A stretch of 63,189 bases of DNA, filler included, from Octopus bimaculoides (lineage: Eukaryota), in the NCBI RefSeq assembly GCF_001194135.2. It is 5 parts of 5 records of this genome, joined end to end, with 100 filler letters (N's around TTAATTAATTAA, not from the genome) between each part and the next. Parts side by side here need not be neighbours in the genome. Positions count along the whole stretch, not along the records: positions 38,544 to 53,437 come from NC_069004.1; positions 53,538 to 55,547 come from NW_026411772.1; positions 55,648 to 63,189 come from NW_026361215.1; 2 more parts are not named here. One strand, written 5' to 3'. Shown piece after piece: positions 51,673 through 63,189 of the stretch. Position 1 is the first letter of the stretch; every line of letters starts with the position of its first letter. Made by a program: the position numbers and the translations under genes. The notes under the pieces were generated by a model. It was not told where the DNA came from and ran no database searches. It was given only the letters and a program-made list of their open reading frames with translations.

Positions 51673-52567
51673 TACAAGATGGTATCGAAAAGCTTCAGGA
51701 TTAGTTCTGTAGCATGCCAGCAGATGACAGCACACAGTTGCATGCTCAGTGAGAGCCAGCAGTGACCTTCATGAAGCAGTGCACCAAGTGACATCATTGT
51801 GTTTACTTCGCAAGTTGTGAAATTTGTGTTTTTGTGATCATATGTATGCTGTAGTCTGTGATTTTGTCATGGACAGGAACAAAGAGCCAACATGAAATTT
51901 TATGTTAAACTTGGGAAGTCAGCTGCAGAGACATTGAGCAAGCTTACAGTGATAAGACAATGGGTTTGTGCAATGTTTTGAGTGACACAGGCACTTCAAA
52001 AGTGGAAGAACATTCCTGGAAGACAATGAGCAATCTGGAAGAACTACCACAAGCGTTACTCCTGGTAATGTGGTATTATGCATCAAGAATTCATCCCCCC
52101 AGGGCCAGGCCATCAATCGAGAATTCTTCTGCAATGTTTTGAAGTATCTGAGGGAAGACATTCAGTGAAAGCAACCAGATCAGTGGAGCGCGAAAAATTC
52201 AATTCTTCACAACGACAATGCACACTGTTCCTGAGCTCTCCTCACTCATGAGTTTCTCACCAAAAACAACATGGTATCACTTCTGCACCCACCCTATTCA
52301 CCAGATTTAGCACCTGCAGACTTCCATCTCTTCCCCAAGATGAAAATATAGCTTGATGGTCACCTTTTAACACCATTGTCAAGATCCAAAGCGAATCACA
52401 GAAGGCCCTTGATTCACTTACGGAAAATGACTTCCAGGCCAGATAACAAAAGTGGCAGGAATGCTGCGCAAGTTGACTATTTTGAAGGAGATGATGTTAA
52501 AACATAGGCAAATAAGTTATTTTTTATCAAACATAACTAGACTAGGAACTTTTTGATACCACCTGTA
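51673..52567 (+). mobile_element. Internally deleted mariner element
   Basis: TA-CAAGATGGTATCGAAAAG left TIR and CTTTTTGATACCACCTG-TA right TIR; HTH, HNDNA and HPPYSPDLAPADFHLFPKMK remnants. Confidence 0.82.
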
Positions 52568-53639
52568 CATATTTCGCTATCTAATTAAATTGTTATAAAG
52601 ATAAAAATATCCAGGTTAAATGAAAATCATCATCATAATAATAATAATAATGATACAATAATGATTTCTTTTATAATAATAATAATAATAATAATAAGGC
52701 AAGCTGGCTTAATCATAAGCATGTCAGGCAAAATGCTTAGTGACATTTCATCCATTTTTACATTTTGAATTCAAATTCTGACAAGGTCAACTTTGCTTGT
52801 CATCTTTTCAAGGTTGATAAAATAAGTACCAGTTGAGTACTGGGGTCAATGTAACCGATTTGCACCAATCCCCAAAACTGCTGGCCTTGTGCCAAAATTC
52901 GAAGCCATTATTATTATTATTATCTCTAGTCCCACTGTGTGGCACCTTGGGCAAGTGTCTTCTACTATAGCCTCGGGCTAACCAAAGCCTTGTGAGTGGA
53001 TTTAGTAGATGGAAACTGAAAGAAGCCTGTCGTATGTGTGTGTGTGCGTTTGTGTGTGTGTGTTTGTCCCCCCAACATTGCTTGACAACCAATGCTGATG
53101 TGTTTATGTCCCCATAACTTACCAGTTCGCCAAAAGAGACCAATAGAATAAGTACTAGGCTTACAAAGACTAAGTCCTGGGGGTCGATTTGCTCGACTAA
53201 AGGTGGTGCCCCAGCATGACCGCAGTCAAATGGCTGAAACAAGTAAAAGAATAAAAGAATATATATTAAATTCTTTGTCTCTCTGTTTCCTATGCATTCT
53301 TAAACAGTTCAACCAAATCAAATCAAATTTTACAATGTAATAGTATTAGACCCTTGGAGTGTCAACATCTAATTTTAATTTTCATTTCCATTAAAACAAT
53401 AAGATTTTATTTAAAACTAGCAGTATAGCCCAGCTTTNNNNNNNNNNNNNNNNNNNNNNNNNNNNNNNNNNNNNNNNNNNNTTAATTAATTAANNNNNNN
53501 NNNNNNNNNNNNNNNNNNNNNNNNNNNNNNNNNNNNNTTTATTAGCCACACAGGACTGAACACAGAGGGGACAAGTTACAAAGTAGAACTTTTCTTTTTG
53601 GGGAAGAGAAGGAAGGAAAAAAAGGGGGGTAGATTTTTC

Positions 53640-53640
53640 G

Positions 53641-53682
<42 letters not shown>

Positions 53683-54659
53683 GTAGGTAGATAGATAGAT
53701 AGATAGATAGATCGATAGATCGATAGATAGATAGACAGCACAGTCAAGTCGTTACTTCGATGTCTTAGATATCGAACGTTCTGATGAATTCGTTGATCAA
53801 TCGGAGATTCGTTATACATCGAGAAATAAGATCTCGGCAACAACAATAGCAACAATATCAAAGTCAAAGACATCGACATCAGCAACAACAACAACAAAGC
53901 GAAAAAAATCAGCAGCCATGACAAGAGGAGCAGGCAACGACATCTGCTACAAAATGAATTCCTTGAAGAAAGGAGAAAAGGGGAAAAAAGCAGAAAAAAG
54001 ATGCGAAGATTTAAGATTGCAAAACAGTATTTTAAAATGTATAACAAGAACAACAACAACAACAACAGCAACAACAACGACAAGAATAATTACAACAGCG
54101 ATAACAGCAGCAGCAGCAGCGAAATTCAGAACTTAACAAACGACAATAAAATGTAAGAGCAACTGATAAAAACAAAACTTCAGCAAGCAACACACTAGAT
54201 GTGCCCTAACAAATTACTTTCGTTTTCAATAATCCCCATCACCACCACCACAACAACAACAACGGCAGTAACTATAAAACTACAACCACCATCGCCATCA
54301 TCATCATCATCATCATCTCCATTACAATCATAACCAACACCATCACCCCCTCACACCGTCATTCTCTCCTGCATCATCATTATCGTTATCATTCATTTTT
54401 CTTCTTTTTCTTCTTTTCCTAATTCTTCTTCTTTTCCTTACTTTCCATCTTCTCCTCCTCCTCCTATTTCTTCTTCTTCTGTCTCTTCTTTTTCTTCTAA
54501 TTCTTCTTTTCCTTCTTCTTATTATTACTATCATCTTCATAATTAGTATCATCATCATCATCTTCATCAATTTTATGATTATTGCCATTGTTGTTATTAT
54601 TATTGAAGTTACGATGTGTGTGATTATTATTATTATTATTATTATTATTATCACTTGAA

Positions 54660-54733
<74 letters not shown>

Positions 54734-54849
54734 TTGGTGGTGGGGTCTGGTTTAAAAGCAATGTTTGAAGATGTTTTAAATATAAAACATTTGAGTTAAG
54801 AAAATTTCTGGGAAAACTATCGGACCCATTAGAAGAAAGAGACAGAGAG

Positions 54850-54905
<56 letters not shown>

Positions 54906-55318
54906 AGAGAGAGAGAGAGTTAGAGAGAGAGATAGAGAGAGAGAGTTAGAGAGAGATAGGGAGTAACAGAAACAGAGTGAGAAAGAGAGATGGAAGGGGA
55001 GGGGGAAGACAGAGAGGTAGAGAAACAAATAGAGAGGAAATACAATTATTGATAGGGACAGAGAGACACAGATAGATAGATAGGACAAATAGATAAATAG
55101 ATAGATAGGACAAATAGATAGATGGCATATAAAAGGAATACACAATCGCACTCACACACGCATATATATATATATATTTATACTCTGAGATATTTACATA
55201 TAAACGCATATAGAGAAAGGCGTACATACCCACACATCCGCAGACATTAATACATGCATATGCATGTATATGCATGTATATCTATCGATCTATCGATCTA
55301 TCCAGCTATATGTGCATG

Positions 55319-55357
<39 letters not shown>

Positions 55358-55506
55358 ATGTAGAAGCACATATATCGACGCAGACGTGTGTAAACGTTTT
55401 CGAATGTTCACGGGTACATATACATGTATACATGTATATACCCTCATACACATACATACACAAATACATACATAACTAAAATACATTCACACGCACACGG
55501 AAGGAC

Positions 55507-55547
<41 letters not shown>
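53640..55547. repeat. Compound microsatellite block ((AGAT)n, (AAC)n, (ATC)n, (TTC)n, (ATT)n, (AGT)n, (AG)n, (AT)n)
   Basis: Direct inspection; explains the low-complexity ORFs in the track. Confidence 0.9.
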
Positions 55548-57949
55548 NNNNNNNNNNNNNNNNNNNNNNNNNNNNNNNNNNNNNNNNNNNNTTAATTAAT
55601 TAANNNNNNNNNNNNNNNNNNNNNNNNNNNNNNNNNNNNNNNNNNNNAATAACAACAACAACAATAATATTGATTTCTTTTATTGGTCACAAGGGCCCAA
55701 GACATAGAGGACAATTTCGAAGGACGAATTGCAGCACCAAAAGAAATTACAAAATTGGACCACAGCGGAATTTGAACTCAAAGCGTAAACCCGGATGAAA
55801 CGCCGCTAAGCATTTTGCCCGGAGTGCTCACGACTCTGCTAGCCCGCTAACCTACACCGTTGTCCAATATTTGTTATTGTTTTAAGCGGCGAGCTGGCAG
55901 AATCGTTAACACACAGCACGAAATTTTAGCAGCATTTCGTCTGTCTTTATGTTTTGAGTTCAAATTCCGCCGAGGTCGACTTTGCCTTTCATCCTTTCGG
56001 GGTCGATCGATGGAGTGCTTCTGGGATCAATAAAATAAGGACCAATCAAGGACTAGGATCGATGTAATCGACTTATCCTCTTCCCGAATGTGCTGGCCTT
56101 GAGCCAAAATTTGAAACCAATAGTAGTAACTGTTTTAAGGCAGCGAAATGGCAGAATCGTTAGTATGATGGACCTAAAGCTTAGCAATATTTTGTCCACT
56201 TTTAAGTTTTGGGTACACGTTCAGCCGAAATCGACTTTGCCTTTCATCCTATCGAGGGTTAATGAAATAAACACCTCCCCCGATATTGCTAGCCCTGTGC
56301 CAAAATTTGATACTGTTTAATTGGTTACTGTTTAATTAAAACAATCTACGGTTTATTTCGTCTTCCCATTTTTATTTACAAATCACAGGATTAAAATGTT
56401 TGTTAAAAGCCAACAAGAGAAATGTTCATTGAACTACAAAACGTTTCTAACTATTGATATAAACTATGCCATAGACAGGATCAACAATGTTTTATGTTAC
56501 ACTATATCATTTCATCATGTACCCAGGTCCATCAACGTCCATGACCCTTAAAGGCTCTCTGAGACATATAGGGGTAAAAAGGACCTCCTTCCGTCATGAA
56601 TGACCATGGGATTACACCTAGAAAGTTCCCCTCCGAGGCACAAGTCTGGGCAAGGTTGCTTTATGGAAGACCAGCAGTCTCCTTTGCATACCAGCCTCTT
56701 CTCTCCACACCACAGATGTTATCCAAGGGAAAAGCAAAGGCCAACACAGCTTGACATCAGTGACATTGCAACTAATTTCTTCGGCTGAATGAACTGGAGC
56801 AATGTGAAAATAGAAAGTCTTGTTCAAGAACACAACACAGCTCAGTTCAATAATAGAACTCACTACCTCGTGATTGTGATCCCGGCGCTCTAACTACTGA
56901 GCCATACACCATCACCATAAAGGGGTAGAGAAGAAGATATCCTCAAACTGGAAGCTTGGGGAGAACGCTTGAAGCATAAAGTATTCTGCATAAGGCACCA
57001 AAGGGGCCGGGGCTTACCTTAATCTGGGTAATGGATTAAGTCAACCACCCAAACAAGCTAAGTATGATTTGAAATCAGAAAGATGAAAGCCCGAATACAT
57101 ACAACTTTGGATTCTGTTAAGTGTTCTCATGACTCTATCAGATTAATCAACACTGGGGGCCAGTAAACTGGCAGAATTAGTAACATGCCAGGCAAAATGA
57201 GAAGCAGCGGTTTGTCTGTCTTCGTGATCTGAATTCAAATTCTATTGAGGTCAACGTTGTCTTCCGTCCTTTCGTGGTCGATGAAATAAGTACCATTTGA
57301 GCACTGGCGATGATGTAATCCACTTAATCCAATTACACCCAGCCGCCTCCTCAGAAACTTCTGGCGTTGAGCCAAAATTTGAAACTAATAATATTGAACA
57401 CTGAAAGGATAAAACGCAAAGTTAGTTTTGGCAAGATTTCAAATCAGAATGCAAGGAGGTGAAGCAGCTAACACAACCGTTCCATCTGACATTCGATGGA
57501 TTTCAATAGGGCACTGCCATGATTGGTATTCTTTTTTCACAGCCCTGAAACAATGAGGGAGAGAAAGAGAGAGAGAGAGAGAGATTTGAAATCAGAAGGC
57601 ACAAAACTAGAAAACCCATTAGCAAAATCTATCAGGGTCACACGTTTGAGACATTGCTGTAAGCTATCGAACACCATGGACACATGTTGGATTACATTGC
57701 CTCAAAACAGAGAGGATACAGATGCACCATTGCATTGATTCCATTTCACTATTACAAAGATTTAATCTCACATTTCTAATCACACCAATCCACAAATTCA
57801 TACACACTATTCTATAACTCCAGTCACAATTCTATGGATCAAATTGCCCCATTCCATCATCAAATCACTCCATAGATCCAATCGTTCCTTTCATGCAATA
57901 CATTCCATTCACCCAACCACATGTTTTAATCCTAAAAATCCTAAAAATC

Positions 57950-60720
57950 AATAGATCCAATCCCCAAAATCTATAGATCTAATCACACCATTTCATCAGC
58001 AAATCAAACCATTCCATAGATCCAGCTTTACCATTCCATAAATCCAGGCTCACCATTCCATAGATCCAGCCTCACCATTCCATAGATCCAGCCTCACCAT
58101 TCCATAGATCCAGCTTCACCATTCCATAGATCCAGCTTCACCGTTCCATAGATCCAACCTCACCATTCCATAGATCCAGCCTCACCATTCCATAGATCTA
58201 GCCTCACCATTCCATAGATCAAATCGAACCATTCAATATATCCAGTCACACCCTTCCATGGATCCATTCACACCACCCATAGACCTTGTCATGCCATTCC
58301 AGACATCCAGTCACACCATTTCATAGATCCAATCACACATTAACAGAAATCCAGTCACACCATTCCATAAGGCCAACCACACCAGTCTATAGATCCATTC
58401 GCACCACTCTGTACATCTATTCACACCATTCCAGTGATTAAATTACACCATTCCGTAGATCCATCCACAACATTCTACAGAATGATCCACACTATTCCGT
58501 AGAGCCAATCGCACCATTCTATGGACGGATCACACCATTCTGTAGGTCCAATCACACCATGAAGTAAATCCAGTCACACTATTCCATAGACCTATTCATA
58601 CCATTCTGTACATCCATTCACACCATTCCATAGATCCAATCACACCATGCAATAGATCCAATCACACCATGCAATAGATCCAATCACACCATGCAATAGA
58701 TCCAATCACACCATGCAATAGATCCAATCACACCATGCAATAGATTCAATCAAACCATTCCATAGAACCATTCACACCATTCTATAGATCCATTCACACA
58801 ATTCCATTGGTCCAATCACACCATTTCTTAGATCCAATCACACCAATCCGTAGCCTCATTCTGTAGATGGATCACACCATTCCATAGATCCAGTCATGTC
58901 ATACCACACATCAAATCACACCATTCTGTAGATCCAATCAAATCACTCTTTTGATCCAATCACACCATCCCATAGATCCATTCACACAGTTTCATAGATC
59001 CAGTCATACCATTCCATAGATTCAATCACACCAATCCACAGACCCATTCTGTAGATCCAACCACACCATTCCGTAGATCCAATTACACCATTCCAATGAT
59101 CCAATCACACCATTCCATAGATCCATTTACACCTTTCCATGGAGCCATTCACACAAGTCCATAGATCCAACCATACCATTCTATAGATCCATCCACAACA
59201 TACTACAGACCATTCACACTATTCCATAGATCAAATCACACCATTCCATAGATCCATTCTGTAGATGGATCACACCATTCTGTAAGTACATTCATACCAT
59301 TCCATAAATCCAATCAATCCATTCCATATATTCACTTACACCATTCCATAGATCTATTCACACCATTCCATAGATCCAATCACAACATTCCATAGATCCA
59401 ACCACACCATAACATAAGTCCAATCACACCATTCCATAAAACCCGTCACACCATGCTATCGATCCAACCACAATATTCCATAGAATCATTCACACCACTC
59501 CATAGTTCCAATCTCACTGATCCATCCTGTAGATGGATCACACCATTCTGTAGGTCCATTCACACCATTCCATAAAGCCAATCACACCATTCTATAGATC
59601 CAACCACACCATTCCATAGATCTAATCACACCATTTCATAGATTCATTCACACCATTCCACAGATCCATTCTGTAGATGGATCACACCATTCTCTATGTA
59701 CATTCACACCATTCCATAGATCCAATCACACCATTCCAATGATCCAATCACACCATTCCATAGATCCATTTACACCTTTGTATAGAGCCATTCACACAAT
59801 TCCATAGATCCAGTCATGTCATTCCATACATCAAATCACACCATACTATAGATCCAATCAAATCATTCTATTGATCCAATCACACCATTCTATAGATCCA
59901 ATCATACCATTCCATTGATCCAATCACTCTAGTCCATACATCCAGTCTTACCATTCCATACATCCAGTCACATCATTCCATAAATCCAGTCATACCATTC
60001 TATAGATCCAATCGAACCATTTCACAGATCAAATCACACCATTTTAAAGATTCAATCAAACCATTTCTTATTTTGACAAAAACAAAAAGAAGACAACCAT
60101 CACACCATTCCATAGTTTTAATCCCAAAATTCTATTCCCTTCAGTTGCACCATTCCAGACATCCGGCCTCTCCACTCAGTCATTCAAAAAATAAAATCTC
60201 TCAATTCCATACATCCACTCATACCATTCCATGGTATTTATCGCACCATCCAATAGATCCGTTTCCACAATTCCAATCAGCCAATTATATCACTTTTTAG
60301 AGCCAATCACACCATTCCATTGATCAAATTTTCCAATTCTATAGATCAAATCAAACCTAATCCCAAAACTTCTAATCCCAAAATTCCATTCGATTCCGTA
60401 ATACCATTCCATGGATAAATTCACCATTCTAGACTCCTAATTTCACCTTTCTCTACATCCACTCATATATTTCATAGATCGAATCTCACCATTCCATAGA
60501 TCCACGCATCCCATTCCAAGCATCTTATCACACCATTCAATAGAACCAATCCTACCATTCCAACGAGCTGGTTACACCACTTCTCAGAGCCAATCACACC
60601 ATTCCATTCCATCCAATCACACCATTCCATAGATCCACTCCCGCCTGTCCATTGAATTCCATCACATCCTTCTATTTTATCCAATCACACCATTCTATAG
60701 ATATTTGTCCATTCCATGGA
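57950..60720. repeat. About 2.7-kb degenerate 22-bp satellite (CCATTCCATAGATCCAATCACA)n
   Basis: Exact 22-bp periodicity, for example CCATGCAATAGATCCAATCACA tandem copies at about 58645-58745. Confidence 0.92.
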
Positions 60721-60839
60721 ACCACTCGCATCATTGTGTTGCAAAATATCTCTGAGATATTTCTTTTTTTTTTTTGTTGTTGTTGAAGTAATGATACTTG
60801 CATGTCTTCTGCAGAATGGTCTTTTAAATTGGAATTTAA

Positions 60840-61102
60840 GTCTTCACACATAGACACACACACATACACACATACATAAATACATACATGCATACATATG
60901 TACATGAATACATACATGCACAAAGATATATACACACATGTACCTAGACATACATGCACATACACTCAAAAATACTTACTCAAATGCAAAACGCATGTCT
61001 CATAGCTCTATGGCACCAATCATACACATTCGCATACACAGATATACTCAATTAGACATGCATACAAACACGCACATGTGTATATGTGTACCAATATATG
61101 TG

Positions 61103-61154
<52 letters not shown>

Positions 61155-61259
61155 CACACATATATATGTATATATGTATATATGCACACATATATACATA
61201 CATATATCTATCTACATATATATATATATATATGTGCATATATATATATATATATGTGC

Positions 61260-61292
<33 letters not shown>

Positions 61293-62163
61293 GGTATGTA
61301 TGTGTATATATAGAAAGAGAGAGATAAGTAGATAGATAGATCAATAGATCAATATACTCGCATATATAGTCGTACAAAAGTGCAAACAGATACATACATA
61401 CAGATGATGTTCACACACACACACACACACATACACAGTATTTCAGAAACCTATAAACATAGAAAGCNNNNNNNNNNNNNNNNNNNNNNNNNNNNNNNNN
61501 NNNNNNNNNNNNNNNNNNNNNNNNNNNNNNNNNNNNNNNNNNNNNNNNNNNNNNNNNNNNNNNNNNNNNNNNNNNNNNNNNNNNNNNNNNNNNNNNNNNN
61601 NNNNNNNNNNNNNNNNNNNNNNNNNNNNACACACACAGTCACACAGTTTAAGCCAGTAATAACAAGTGCAAAGTACAGGCGTGTTTTATTAAGCTTTCTG
61701 CGACTTGCAAGATGTCCGCGAGGGCCAGGAGTTGAAAAATTGATGACAGATGGAGACAATGACACAAAACAGATCAACGTAATGCATACCATCTCCATGT
61801 TTCATTGTATTTCTGTGCAATTGGTGAATTGTTGTTCTCTGCTAGTAAATATCATTATCGTTGGTAATTTAGACAGAAATGCTTCTTCTCTGAATTACCA
61901 TGTGGTGCTACAACCCATCAACTCTTCTTCATCCCCCCCTCTCTTCACCTATTCATCCATCCATTTACCGCCATCTTACGTCTCACCCTTGCACAAAGCA
62001 AAGTAATCTTTGAAATCTTTGAAATGGTGAGGTCCGACTTTGGAATTTCGGTGCCATGTGTTTTTGGGGTTTCTGTATGAGGGTGGTTGTGTGTGTGTGT
62101 ATGTGTGTATATGTGTGGGTGCATGTGTTTAAGTGTATATGTATATATATACATTTATAAATA

Positions 62164-62200
<37 letters not shown>

Positions 62201-62693
62201 NNNNNNNNNNNNNNNNNNNNNNNNNNNNNNNNNNNNNNNNNNNNNNNNNNNNNNNNNNNNNNNNNNNNNNNNNNNNNNNNNNNNNNNNNNNNNNNNNNNN
62301 NNNNNNNNNNNNNNNNNNNNNNNNNNNNNNNNNNNNNNNNNNNNNNNNNNNNNNNNNNNNNNNNNNNNNNNNNNNNNNNNNNNNNNNNNNNNNNNNNNNN
62401 NNNNNNNNNNNNNNNNNNNNNNNNNNNNNNNNNNNNNNNNNNNNNNNNNNNNNNNNNNNNNNNNNNNNNNNNNNNNNNNNNNNNNNNNNNNNNNNNNNNN
62501 NNNNNNNNNNNNNNNNNNNNNNNNNNNNNNNNNNNNNNNNNNNNNNNNNNNNNNNNNNNNNNNNNNNNNNNNNNNNNNNNAAATTTATATATATATATAT
62601 ATATACATATATGTATATGTGTCTGTGTGCATATATAGATATAGATATATATACACATATATATATATATGTGTATATATATGTATATGTGTG

Positions 62694-62724
<31 letters not shown>

Positions 62725-62820
62725 GTGTATATATGTATGTGTATATATATATATAGATGTATGTAAATGTGTGAGTGTATATATATGAACGTATGTGTGT
62801 TTATGTGAATCCATGTGCGT
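60840..62820. repeat. (AT)n/(AC)n/(ATAC)n microsatellite mosaic with two N gaps
   Basis: Direct inspection. Confidence 0.9.
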
Positions 62821-62913
62821 ATAGGAAGTTTACATCAGTAAAATACAAGCGTTTTGTTATGTATGTGTTTATACAAATACATATTTCCCAAACAAATTCC
62901 ACTTCATCTTTGA

Positions 62914-62994
62914 AGCTCTGATGAAACTGTAAGGTGTTACTAAGGTACTCAACTATGAGTCAACGATATTCCATAGCAGAAACAGCTGTAAGCT
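62914..62994 (+). ncRNA. Candidate type-I hammerhead, fourth family (helix II degenerate)
   Basis: AGCT-CTGATGA-A-actgt...atagca-GAAA-C-AGCT-GTA^AGCT. Helix III is the perfect palindrome ACAGCTGT, the triplet is GUA and helix I is 4 bp; helix II closing pairs are imperfect. Confidence 0.55.
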
Positions 62995-63189
62995 ATTGAA
63001 ATTCATAAAATAATTGTTTATTCCATTGTCATCACTTCTATTACCATTCGGCCCTCGACTAACACTTTGTTTAAAAGCATACGTATATTCAGTTTATGCC
63101 AGGTTATTAGTATCACAATGTGGAGGCGTAATTGTCCCTTGGTTAGGGCAGCGGACTCGCAGTCATAGGATCGCGGTTTCCATTCCCAG

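Noticed and set aside
53768-53834. Cluster of 6-8-bp palindromes (GATATC, AACGTT, GAATTC, TTGATCAA, AGATCT) with CTGATGA...GAAA
   Set aside because: Hammerhead helices I and II do not pair; no recognisable vector sequence; compatible with chance in a CpG-retaining patch.
57950-60720. Repetitive protein (MEWCDW-like) or CRISPR-like array
   Set aside because: The 22-bp unit is not a multiple of 3, stops are frequent, there are no unique spacers, and the context is eukaryotic.

Overview
AT-rich, repeat-dense eukaryotic scaffold, most likely from an Octopus (coleoid cephalopod) genome; this is inferred from the SINE families and microsatellite content, not from a search. Four 100-bp placeholder gaps (44N-TTAATTAATTAA-44N) split the window into five contigs, so order across them is uncertain. 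I reconstructed spliced exons by hand for four partial genes: an integrin beta (minus strand, 4 clear exons plus a candidate signal-peptide exon), the 3' end of PUM3/Puf6 (plus, 3 exons), the 3' lipase-like half of FAM135 (minus, 7 exons) and the 5' end of a CCDC73-like coiled-coil gene (minus, 2 exons). The rest is degenerate transposons (mariner, Gypsy, RTE, Chapaev3-like, TTAA MITEs, a Helitron end), several SINE families and two 22-bp tandem arrays. Most ORFs in the supplied track are microsatellite or gap artefacts. The main result is six minimal type-I hammerhead-ribozyme motifs from four unrelated repeat families. Most have the palindromic helix III typical of Penelope-type dimeric hammerheads. 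One sits in the tail of a tRNA-headed SINE-like element and one family has a non-canonical A6U core. The integrin beta is also atypical: it lacks the ADMIDAS Asp pair and may lack half of the PSI domain.
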